Below are positions 1-12,082 of a DNA stretch of 64,000 nucleotides, piece by piece. The position numbers were made by a program, and so were the translations under genes. The notes beneath the pieces were generated by a model. That model was not told where the DNA came from. It was given only the letters and a program-made list of their open reading frames with translations, and searched no databases. Where the stretch lies: assembly GCF_000150275.1 (NCBI RefSeq), contig NW_002060953.1, positions 903,693 through 967,692 of the forward strand, given 5' to 3'. Position 1 is the first letter of the stretch; each line of letters begins with the position of its first letter. Source of the stretch: Trichoplax adhaerens. Taxonomy: Eukaryota > Animalia > Placozoa.

Positions 1-982
1 AACAACTTTTTACTGCTCGTCTTCTGAATCTGTTTAACCATCGAAGATGATGGCTGCCACAAAACAGTCATAACAATACACGTGCAAGCAGTTTCTGTGA
101 CTAGGTAGATTACCCTGAAGAGTCTGAACTAGAACGATGCACCAAAAAAATCATCTCAGTTACCGATTAAGAAGCTGCATTTACAATTCCTCATCTGGTG
201 AGCGCGGTCTACTGCTGTTATCGACATTACACGACATACAGCAGTAGATAGGCTTGTATTATAGCCATTGCTGTAAGTTACTCCGCTGTGCGTATCTTTA
301 TGTAGATTATTCATATCATGCTCCTACACTTTAATTTTAAATTATAAGTTGCAATGGCGACAACATAAAACTACGTACACATACTGGTATATAACTCAAT
401 AATGAATATAAATACTACCAAAGGCTTGAACCCTGTCTACTTTTATTCCCTTTCCATTGCGGATGCATCTACTGCAAAGCGCAATATTCTAACCAATATA
501 CTGTGGGCCTTTGCAACCATTTTTCATCTTGCCATGTAGAACCATGCATGAAGTTGAAGCTATGATAAGATGCAATACCTCGACGAGTAGGCACAACCTG
601 AATAAGGGCAAGTTAGTATTATTTCTTGTCAACTTTTCATAAGGTATTTGAAACGTTCATTACTTTAGATTAGTAGCAATCAATGATTAATATTCCAACT
701 GTAAGGGCCATTAGCGAAGAGGCTTACAGATAATATTACTCAAATATAGATTAGATTAGAGGTTAATTTAGTTGATTGGCTACTTACAAAGTAACCAAGT
801 CCATAGTGCTACTCCTAGTCTACTTATCTAATATCCAAATCACAACAGCAACTCCTTAATCCAAACAATTATTCAAGACCAGGACCATGAGCAGCAATCA
901 TTGCAAGTTGTAACCTGAGCGATCTGTCTCTCCCATTACATTATTTTTTTTGTTTTAGAATCTATAGATTGTCACCATAGAC
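1..982. repeat. ~1-kb dispersed direct repeat, copy 1 (copy 2 at 8387-9366)
   Basis: Colinear match to 8387-9366, e.g. 'gaagatga..ctgccacaaaacagtcataacaatacacgtgcaagcag' through 'gattgtcaccatagac'. This copy is cut by the window start and by a gap. Confidence 0.95.
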
Positions 983-2148
983 NNNNNNNNNNNNNNNNNN
1001 NNNNNNNNNNNNNNNNNNNNNNNNNNNNNNNNATTCTAATCTATGCTCGTAACAGGATAAATAACATTTCATATTAAAATGAGATGCTACTTCAGCCAGC
1101 TGTAAGCATTCTTGATAGAATAGAAATGTGCTTGGAAGGCTGTAGCATAATCCAGGATCTACCGTTGCAATATAAGCTAACTTTGTACCCTAGGAGCATC
1201 TCGACTCATATTCCGTAAAATTGTTTACTATCATCTCAATGGAATACAGCTTGAGCGTGTCACAAACTTATACTATCCTTGCTATTGGTTGTCGCGTTAG
1301 GAAACTCTAGTACCTACATGATTACTTTATATCTTTTTATAATGCAAGCAATTTATCGTTAAGTTGTAATCGGACTTTACACACCCTGATCTCATCATTA
1401 TCGTCAAAGACTTGTATCTGTAACAATGCGTACTATAACTATCTTATCCGCTGACAGCCTGAGTAATTATCAGTAACTACCCTGCTAATAAAAGTCCTTG
1501 CTTCATCCTCAATCTGTCTCTACAATCTATGTGAATTAAGACATAATATCAAGGTATCAAACATTGTTATACAACAATTGCAATTTATCGCTGCTTGTGG
1601 TAATGTATCTTAAATCAGAAATAATCAAATTTGATAGCTTAAAATGTTTTGCTTATCACATAAATTACTTCTTCAACTAAGAACAAGACTAAATAACTCT
1701 TGGAGAAGAGATCTCGTGCTTCTATACACTATAATGATTCAACTACATCTAGATCGGTAATCTCTAATTTATCTTTATCAAGTTATTCTCATAGTCTCTG
1801 ATGTCCAACTACCTACTGTAAATAGGACATTCCTATCCAAGGTACAATATTTACTATAACTATTTAGCACGGATATGTATCAATCTTACGTATTTACATA
1901 TCACCTAGCAATTTCATATAATCTGTCAAGGTATTTCAAGGACTGCAATACATTGCTTTAACGAACTGTAAACTTGTATGATAGATTACGAATGTCCTTA
2001 ATTAAAGGTTGTAGCTTACAACTTCTTGTATTAACAGAGGCTAAATCGTAGCATTACAAACTCTCGTAAATGATGGTATTGTTAATGTTTTCCCTTTATT
2101 AATGCACTTTTGGTTAACATGATTGTGTTATTATTATTATCCCATTAG

Positions 2149-5050
2149 GTACCTAGTCCTTCAACATAGTGGCCTTTGGGGCATTTACCTATTCTTTTCA
2201 GAGAACTACCAGGCGATCCCTTCATCGTGTTCGTATTTACTGTACGTATTTGTATATGTACATCAACGTCAAACATGTTATATTTCTGTGATATCATATA
2301 TTACCTACTTTAGACTATGCAATACACTGGAGCTATATCGAAGCATAATAACAATTCGTCAAAGTTCATAAAATGATAGTCTTTATTGATCATTTTAACA
2401 TGTTATAGCTGTTATTAAAATCAAAATTTAGTTGATGGATGAATTCTATCATGGGAACATTGTATTAGCCGATTTTTATTTTCTCAAAGTATTGAACAAA
2501 ATCCTCTTGCCTAAGTCCAGATTTTCTAATTTCAGATGGAGTCAACAATACGGAGGAATCATCCATTTATGTTTCCCTTTCTATAGCCAACGAATTGCTG
2601 TAACTGATCCAGAATATATTAAGCATGTCTTATTTACACGTATTGATAATTACCGTAAGCCTACACTGATGAAAAGGTAATTAAAAAGTATGGATACTGA
2701 TAAAATTTCGTGTTATTTTCAAGATAAAAAATTGGCAAATTTTTGATGCTGGGATTTAACACTGAATTTGCTTTCATACTAGCTTCGTAGTAAATATTCT
2801 TGGCGAAGGACTTATCTTATTAGACGGTGAAAAGCATACTTCTGCTCGTAAAGTTATAAATCCAGCATTTAAATATAACAAAATTAAAAGTAAAAGAGGT
2901 TGTCTTAAAGCTATCTAGTTAATGGTAAAAAATTTACTAATAAATATTGCTTTGATACTTTCTCAGTAGTTATCTAAGATCTTATACCTTTAAAGTTCTC
3001 ATATAATTTCAAAGCTGTAGTATCACTAAATAAAATATGTAAACATTAGACTTGAACATCTTGCAAATAAATATGTCATACAATAACATAATTTCGGTTT
3101 CGTGACCGGGAAAAGATCTTGAACTATATTCTTTCTGTTCGATGCTAGAGTTGGTACCCATTTTTCAAAATATTGCTCAAGATTTGATAAATTACTGGCA
3201 AAATATAATTAACGAACATGGCGGTCAGAGAGCTACATTGGATGTTCATAACGATCTACCGCGAACGACGCTAGATATTATATGCAAAATGTGCGTTTGA
3301 TAATCCCTGTAATTCATTAACAGATGAGACCAATGAGGTTGCAGTTGCATTTGTGAAGGTTTCAGGTGGTTTAACTGTGGGGTAAGTTTAGGATACGTAT
3401 CTTCTAGAAATTTAGATCGCATCAAGGTCTTATCGTGATTCTAATCTTTTAAAATATGATATGATACGATTTTACATATTCATAAAGTTTTTGCAATGAT
3501 ATTTGAGTTACCGCTCATATCTTCCCAACACTGATGCATGTATGCATAATAAAGTTCCTAATAGCTTATTATAGTATGTACTANATTAACTTATTTGGCA
3601 ACTTATAGCTTAATAAGTTTTATGCGGGTTCAAAATATCTGCCCCAAATAAAATGGAGGCAAATCGCATTCTTGTTTATTTGCCATACTGCTGTCAAAAA
3701 AGTAATAGACGAAAAATTAGAGAAGACTGTTATAGATACTAAAATACAAATTCTTACCTTAAATGTACATATTAACGTACACTGCATTAAATAGATCTAC
3801 TGAATGCTTGTAACGTGAAGGCTTATATCTATAAACTCGCATCGAAATTTTCTATAGGAGAAGGAAAATGCTTATTAGATATTCTATTATCTATAAAAGA
3901 CGAAGAAGGCAACGATAGTTTCACGCCTAAAGAGCTACAATATCATGTTATGACCTTTCTGATCGCAGGCCATGAGGTTAGGACAAATGTATAATTAGAT
4001 AACTGACCTACATAATAATAGCAATAATAGTAAATGAGTATACGAGCCATTTAGTAACATTAATTTCTTAGCAATTTAAATACGATAATTGCATCCTGGT
4101 GTTAAGACTGCAAGTTCAGCTATGGCTTGGACATTACATGCACTGGCTAATAACCTTGACGTCCAAGAAAGGCTGCGTCAAAAAATTGGTAAGATTGTAC
4201 GGCCAAATGATAACAAACATGGAACACTTTTGATGAATTGCCATACCTTGATAACGTTATTAAAGAGTCGCTTAGATATGTAATAATCTATAAAAATATT
4301 AAAGTGATTATTATGCGGCTTGCAAGAGTTGCATGTTTGACAAGAAAGCATTTTGAGTTTATTGTAATTCATCGGCAGACTTACATAATCTCTGTATTTT
4401 ATCTTTTTTCAACCTACAGACTTTATCCACCAGTTCCATTTACTCTACGATAGACAATACATGACGTTGAGATAGGGGGATATTTTGTTCCCAAAGGAAC
4501 CGTTATTACGATTATACCACCCTATAGGTACTATGAGTACTGATGCACTTGTCAGCAATAAAATACGTTTTATATAGATGGAAAATATCATGTACTGTAG
4601 CATTTCATTTATTATCATTATTAGAATTTACACCTTACCACAGTATATATCTATAGTATGTCGCTAACTTTAAGTATGCAAAGTTTTGATTTTTAGTTAC
4701 TACTTATAGTTAATTCGTTAGCTTTTGTACGTTGCATGTATAAATATTTTACATTCTTAAAATTTTGTAGGAATTCAAGGTACTTACAAGATCCTTTAAA
4801 ATTTGATCCGGATAGATGGGACAACTCAGCTAAGAATATCAGTCCATATATTAATTTATCATTCCTTAGAGGTCCTCGAACTTGTATTGGCTCGAAGTTT
4901 GCAGAAACTGAACTTAAATGCGTTCTATCTTTACTATTAAGTCATTTCTCTTTCCGTGCTGTTCCAAACTTGCCCGTTAAAAGAAAGTTACGGATATCAA
5001 TGAGACCAGATCCAACTTTGAAACTTATCGTTCAACCTGTGTCATCTTAG
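2149..5050 (+). pseudogene. Cytochrome P450 (CYP4-clan-like), multi-exon, disabled
   Basis: Spliced exons give PSP..WPLGHL, NILGEGLILLDGEKHTSARKVINPAF, I-helix TFLIAGHE/TASS, K-helix ESLR, FDPDRW and heme motif FLRGPRTCIG. Lesions: TAG at 2167-2169, frameshift near 3288 (ICK/CAFD), frameshift near 4215, TAG at 4451-4453. The first (membrane-anchor) exon was not located. Confidence 0.85.
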
Positions 5051-5139
5051 TAATAGTTCAATCCTTACTATTCATTATCCTTAAATTTAGAAATTCTGAT
5101 TTAGTGGAATTTGCTCCATATGCAAGCTATACGAGCGAT

Positions 5140-5379
5140 CGCACATTAATATTGCCCCTCCTATCTAAACATTCAGCCATGTTTAATTCGCTTGGTAGTT
5201 TTTTGGCCAATTTTTCTGCTTCTTGAATTGTAATATCGACATTTGTCCATTCACCCGGTTCTGTATTACTGTCTTCCATGTCTGCATGAATATTCAATTG
5301 AAGTTGATAAAGTTCATCTTAATCATTCGGTGCTAATTCAATTTTTGCTAGGGCTTGTTGATAACAATAGAACGCTTGT
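5140..5379 (-). pseudogene. Remnant of the N-terminal TPR region of a TPR-ROCO family gene
   Basis: The reverse strand reads QAFYCYQQALAKIELAPND*DELYQLQLNIHAD...EAEKLAKKLPSELNMAECLDRRGNI. This parallels EGLSCYTQAIDEIE...LANGLQDEVRIAECLYRQSEI of the intact paralogs. It has an internal stop and abuts a gap. Confidence 0.65.
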
Positions 5380-7079
5380 NNNNNNNNNNNNNNNNNNNNN
5401 NNNNNNNNNNNNNNNNNNNNNNNNNNNNNNNNNNNNNNNNNNNNNNNNNNNNNNNNNNNNNNNNNNNNNNNNNNNNNNNNNNNNNNNNNNNNNNNNNNNN
5501 NNNNNNNNNNNNNNNNNNNNNNNNNNNNNNNNNNNNNNNNNNNNNNNNNNNNNNNNNNNNNNNNNNNNNNNNNNNNNNNNNNNNNNNNNNNNNNNNNNTG
5601 TCAATAGTGATTATGATCAGCTACAAGTCTATCAATTGGTTTTAGCATCATGTCAGTAATAACTTGACTTAAAATAAACATAAGAAGAAAATCGGTACGA
5701 TACATTACAACTACAGTAGTATCTAATTATCATAAGGAATAAACTATCATTATAATTTTCTCTATGATATAAACTTGACCATCTATTAAGTCTAATGAAG
5801 ATGACCCTTTTGCACCAATGTATAGCTGAAGTTATAACCACCTGTTTAAACTTGTGCCAACGATTAATTTACTGAAATCCAGTGGATCATACAGTTGGTC
5901 GTTTCAATTTTACTTGTATATTACCACCAACGTTATCAGAAGGTGTCAACAGCCGAATTTTCGCTCTTTTCCAATCTTTTGTCAGAATGAGTCAGTAACT
6001 CAACGATTCTAGCTTGTAATTTATTAATTAGAGATAGATGGCCAATTGAGGAATGAGTTCGCAGCGAACGGTAATGTTCCTCGATGCTAAACATCAAAAA
6101 CCTGGATATTGATGCCAAGTTAATATGAACTATAAAAATGATTGCACTGTCTATGCATATAATGAGGCTGCAGTTGAACCTAAATGCTAAACTAATCTAC
6201 ATATAGGTTTAATCATCGACCAATTCAAACTAAACTCTGTTGCAACTTGTAAGTGCATGATTTAAATACCGTATATCAGTACAGTATAGGTTCCAAGAAT
6301 AGTCGATCACTACTGACTGCTGTATCCCTCAAATTTTCCTGAAATTTAACTCGTCGTAAGTCAGAGTATCGTCTATGGTATGCAATGTACATTGCACTCG
6401 TATTAGGGAAGTCATGAACTACAGTGCATCTAGTAGTCTATGATATAGTACACACAGACAGTAGAACTCTATATGGGGTATATGGCATAGCGTGACTTTC
6501 TATATTTATTTTAATACTTATTTAGTAGCTCATAACCATAGACTGCCGTGAGAGATTCTATGCTAGAGTACAGAAAACTATATACAGTGGGGTGTTGAGT
6601 TACTGTTAAGGTTAGAGGTAAAAATAGAACTATAATTTACATATTAGAATACGACAAATTCATGGTATTCTGATCAGTAGTAATAATGTTTACATAAATA
6701 CTATAGTAGTTTCTATATTGGATTAATGATGGTCCGCTGTGAAATGTTGTTATTAATAATAATCTAGAGAAGTGTACAATATGGTAGAATGTTACTATAC
6801 TGATTGTAGCTACGAATGCTGCGAAAAGTATAGCATATGATTGTTAATGTAACATAAGTACTTTACAACTTAAGATGCATGCGGTACAATACTTCTCTAA
6901 TATACTTAAATTCATGATTGGATGTACCGTGTATACTCGTACAAGGAAGTTCCATTTAAATAGTAAGTTAATTAGATTCGTGTAAGGTCCGACCGAACCT
7001 GAATGTATTACCGTTTACTACTAATACACAACAGAAAGCATATAAGCTAACAACTTAGATTATTCTAGTAGTTCTTTTT

Positions 7080-8390
7080 AGAAGTATTTGGTAATTGTGT
7101 TCGGATAGAGTAGAACTGCGTATATACATCATCGTTGCATAAGATCTAATAAAGTTCTAATTTTTTACAAAATTTGGATCTTCGTGATTGATTATATCTC
7201 ATTCCTGCATTTACATATACTAGCATGAAGTAAATTAATAGAGATTAATCAATCGACGTCAGTTATAATAATTCCTTTACAGCCTAAATTATCAGAGTAA
7301 ATCACTTCTCCTAAATCTTCCAGATATATTAACATTGATTTTATTTTATGGTCACTTTTGTATAATCCATTATCTTGGGCCAAACTTACCATTTCTTGCA
7401 TTGTCGTAATATTATGCACTCGTACCCTTCTAATTTGATTCATGATGGAAAATATCGCTTCATTATCTTCATCATGGATAGATTTGCTTAATTTGGTAGC
7501 CATATTATACCATCAAATAGGAACAGGTTTACGAATAAATAGTAGCAATTGTTCAAATATCTTAAGAACATGATGTAAACGAAGACAACATTGCTGATGC
7601 AGATCTGAAGCTAATGAACTGGCAGATCAGGACTGCAATCAATAATAATGCCAGAAGAGTAGAGATTGATCGTATAAGAAGGCATAGAAAATATTAATTC
7701 ACAGACAAACTTATTGAATTGACAATCTTTTTCTTCTACTTTTGAAATGCAATCACCATCGTAAGCTACTAGAATAATGATAGGTAACGAACATTGTGCA
7801 TTATTTCTATCAACATTAACATTAATTTTGCTTTGGCTACTAATTTGGCTAGATAATAATTAGGTGTTGATGAGTAAGCTATCAAATTCTGCAAATCACT
7901 TTATAAATGAGTAGTAGTTAATTCTGCATTGGGCTTATGACATCGACAAATACCCGAACATGTAAAGCAGCAACGACACTGTTGCTATAAATTGCTATGT
8001 TGACAATAAACAAGTTAGTTTCGCTACTTCGCTAGAACATGTCTTTAACGTGAAGCAACAGTTTTGTGCACTATAACTCAACAGTCTTAAATAGTTTGTC
8101 AGATAATGTGAAGTAAGGAAAGAAGGCTCCAGTAATACGAACCTTCCACTGTTGTTAAATGTATCAGCTATTACGGTTAACAATTTACGCTCAGTTACAG
8201 TCGTATCTCTAGCAGTATTCGATATATTTGCATAATTATGATACTAATTTTATCTTATGAGTTATTAATATATGATTACATCGTCTAGAATTTTTAATTC
8301 AATTTCATCACTTAATTAATCAACATTCTATTAGATTCAAATAATTATGTAATATACTATGCTGGTAAGACTGAATGATTTAGCGTAACA
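7080..8390 (-). pseudogene. Roc-COR remnant of a ROCO gene
   Basis: Fragments ILDDV, SLPIIILVAYDGDCI, MPSY...YSSGIIIDC, LRLHHVLK and MLIYLEDLGEVIYSD...GIIITDVD* match the intact paralogs. It has several stops and frameshifts, and no P-loop is recognisable. Confidence 0.85.
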
Positions 8391-9366
8391 ATTTTAATGC
8401 TCATCTTCCGAATCTGTCTAACCATCGAAGATGATGACTGCCACAAAACAGTCATAACAATACACGTGCAAGCAGTTTCTGTGACTAGGTAGATTACCCT
8501 GAAGAGTCTGAACTAGAACGATGCACCAAAAAAATCATCTCAGTTACCGATTAATAAGCTGCATTTACAATTCTTCTACTGGTGAGCGCGGTTTACTGCT
8601 GTTATCGACATTACACAATATACAGCAGTAGCTAGGCTTGTATTATAGCCATTACTGTAATTTACTCCGCTGTGTGCATCTTTATGCAGATTATGCATAT
8701 CATGCTCGTACACTTTAATTTTAAATTATTAGCTGCAATGGCGACAACATAAAACTACGTGCACATACTGGTATATAACTCAATAATGAATATAAATACT
8801 ATCAAAGGCTTGAACCTTGTCTACATTTATTCCCTTTCCATTGCGGATGCATCTACTGTAAAGCGCAATATTCTAACCAATATACTGTGGGCCTTTGCAA
8901 CCATTTTTCATCTTGCCATGTAGAACCATGCATGAAGTTGAAGCTATGATAAGATGCAATACCTCGACGAGTAGGCACAACCTGAATAAGGACAAGTTAG
9001 TATTATTTCTTGTCAACTTTTCATAAGGTATTTGAAACGTTCATTTCTTTAGATTAGTAGCAATCAATGATTAATATTCCAACTGTAAGGGCCATTAGCG
9101 AAGAGGCTTACAGATAATATTACTCAAATATAGATTAGATTAGAGGTTAATTTAGTTGATTGGCTACTTACAAAGTAACCAAGTCCATAGTGCTACTCCT
9201 AGTCTACTTATCTAATATCCAAATCACAACAGCAACCCCTTAATCCAAACAATTATTCAAGACCAGGACCATGAGCAGCAATCATTGCAAGTTGTAACCT
9301 GAGCGATCTGTCTCTCCCATTACATTATTTTTTTTGTTTTAGAATCTATAGATTGTCACCATAGAC
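8387..9366. repeat. ~1-kb dispersed direct repeat, copy 2 (copy 1 at 1-982)
   Basis: High-identity match to 1-982. It starts about where the Roc remnant ends. Confidence 0.95.
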
Positions 9367-10408
9367 TTCGTTTAGAAGTCCTTGCTTTGGTTAAAGACTT
9401 TGCGCCAAGATTTTGTATTGCTTGATGTCCGCCTCTGTTGCATTTTATATCTTGTCGCCAAGTACAATAACTAATATTGATATCTACGATACATATTACT
9501 ATGTATTAAAATATAAGGAAGAGATACCGTAGTTGTAATTAAGTGAATTATTAGTTTACTAGGCATAGTTTATACTCTCTTTTTACTGTACTCTAGCCCC
9601 CAAAAATTGGTAATCGCAATGAAATATCTTGTATTCAAACTGCAACGTGATAATTCATATCTTCCATATTGACCACTAAGGTGGAAGTAGCCAATAGCTA
9701 AATCAGTACAGCACTGCATAACAGTAAATTATTCTTCGTAAACTATCTCCGTTTTTGGTAAGATGAGTAACTATTCTTCTAAGTGTTAAAAGTGCCAGTT
9801 TGAAAAGAAAATCATCGGCGTAAAAGTATATAACTTTTTAACTTCTAAGAACGTTACTGAGTTACTGTATTTGCCTTTGAATACCTTCATTTGATTTCTC
9901 TTTTTTTTCTAATAGCAATAATCGCATCTTCTGCAGGAGATTGCACGCGTGTAATGCAATTACGTTTTGCCCTTCAACGATGATTGGCTAAAGCGGATGC
10001 AATGGTGTTACTTTAACAGTTCTTACATTATCTGAGCTACCTGAGCTTGGATTATCACTACTTTTATAAAGTTAACACTTTACTGTTATTAGATTAAGAT
10101 AAAAAGTAAGGAGTAAATCATGCGTTATACGGGTAGTCTCATTAATTGAAATCCTTGATGATGATAATAAAACTTTGATTTTATTCCTTAATTCAACTGC
10201 ATTCAGTACACCGATTTGTTAACGATTTAACATCAAGAATACAAGAAGTAGTTGCATCAATGGAAGAGCTAAGTCATGAATATTGCTAACAAAATAGACT
10301 CACTTGTTCTAAACTACGTATACTATCAAGTAAAGTAATATCATTTAGGATATATATGAGTTTGTTCCATTCCTTTTAACCAATTTTTTAGACGTTTTAG
10401 CAACTAAG

Positions 10409-12082
10409 TTACTGAGAATTGATCCAGCTTCTTGTTGCAGCGACTTTGGCGTAAACACCGGGGTATCGGCTATCAGCACATCCTAAAAATTTCAATACAT
10501 GCTCATTAGTTTATGCCCACTACGATCTAGTCATGATTGACAAGTTATTCGTACGAAATTGAACTGGTTTACTAGCTTATTAAAATAGGGGAGTAAGATA
10601 AAAATAAGTATGTCAGTTATTAAAGCAATTGCCAATAGCATGTGTATAAATTAAGAATGCTTACCATAGCCCCAGCTGACAACACCAACTTGAGTGCTAG
10701 TACCAGCGCGAACCAATGGGCCGCCGCTGTCTCCTTGGCAAGAATCTTTACCGCCTGAACTAGCGCAAAGCATAGTGTAATCATCAATTATACCACTGTA
10801 GTCACTGTTGCAGCTGCTATAACTGTCAACATAGACATCTACTTTTTGGAGCTTGCTAGGAGAAGAGCCACCTGAGCTAAGAGTACCCCAGCCGGCAACA
10901 GTAACTCTAGTGCCACTGCTTGGGTTTGAGGAAGATAAAGTTACGGTTTTAACGTAGCTGTTGAATTTAAAAGCAGATGACAATCTTACGACTGCTACAT
11001 CATATCGATAAGTGTTGGAGTTGTAGCCCCAATGTTCGGACCTGTAATATAAAATTGACGACAGTAATTAAGTTTTGTGATATCGATACATTCTCGATTC
11101 AAAAAATGTCAATGAAAAGTATTCCACTGCAGTCTAGATTTTAAAAAATTATCATAAGATAGTATTTTAATAATAATGTCACGATTTCATTGAACGTGTT
11201 GTGCTGGACAATGCTCAATTAGCGTCAAGTGTGATAGACTAAAAATAAATTCATTATTAACAGGGAATAATTTCGGAAGAATAAAATCCTGACTTACATG
11301 CTAGAAGCAGATTTGCTTTGACCGGTGCTTTCACTGGTGCGGACGTTATGTCTACCAGCGTTAGCTGTAATTTGCCAGTAGGAAACAGCTCTAGTACAAT
11401 GAGCAGCAGTTAAGACTTTGGTGCTTGAAACGATACTACCACCACAGAAGTGAGAACCATATCTTTGTAGGGAAATAATGAATGGGAATTCATGCTTTTT
11501 AGCTTCGTATCCACCGACGATCTTGTCATCTTCATCATTTTCGAACCTAGGTTCCTCTATTTTTTGACATATGAAAATAATCAATTTGGTCAGTTCCGGT
11601 TATCTAGTACAGTAAGTTATGAAGAATTGCAATGACAGATATTATAAAATAATTTCAATCTTACGTGGTACTTGTTTGTACGCAGGTGGAACTGGATATT
11701 TTCATATAGAATAGAGAATAAATCAGAAATAACAAACGATAGTATTTTGAACATATAGTAGAAACTATCTGTCCAAGCTATAAGTTAACCGGTAACAAAT
11801 TACAAACTTGTATGCGTGTATTGTATCAGGATTGATTGATAATATCATGCTAGTATATTATATTATTTGCTTGTACTATTATTTTATGATGCAGTATAGC
11901 AAATTTTACTATGCTGTACATTACTACTACAGTATAGAAAAAGACGGATGCTGTCTAAAATTAAATGGAAGGTATTCGATTCTGTATCGACAAAGGGTTA
12001 AAAATAGTGATAAGCCATAACTCTACTTACGCCTGAATGCGGTAGCGCAAGCGAAAAGAGCAATAACAACCAAGATCTTCAT
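10409..12082 (-). CDS. Secreted trypsin-like serine protease (family S1A zymogen), 5 exons, ~262 aa
   Basis: Exons 12082-12031, 11691-11665, 11556-11298, 11041-10665 and 10482-10409 are all GT-AG bounded and total 789 nt in frame. Signal peptide MKILVVIALFACATA; activation site DEDDK|IVGG; catalytic triad TAAHC, YDVAVVRL, GDSGGP; S1 Asp in GKDSCQ; C-terminal YPGVYAKV. Confidence 0.95.
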
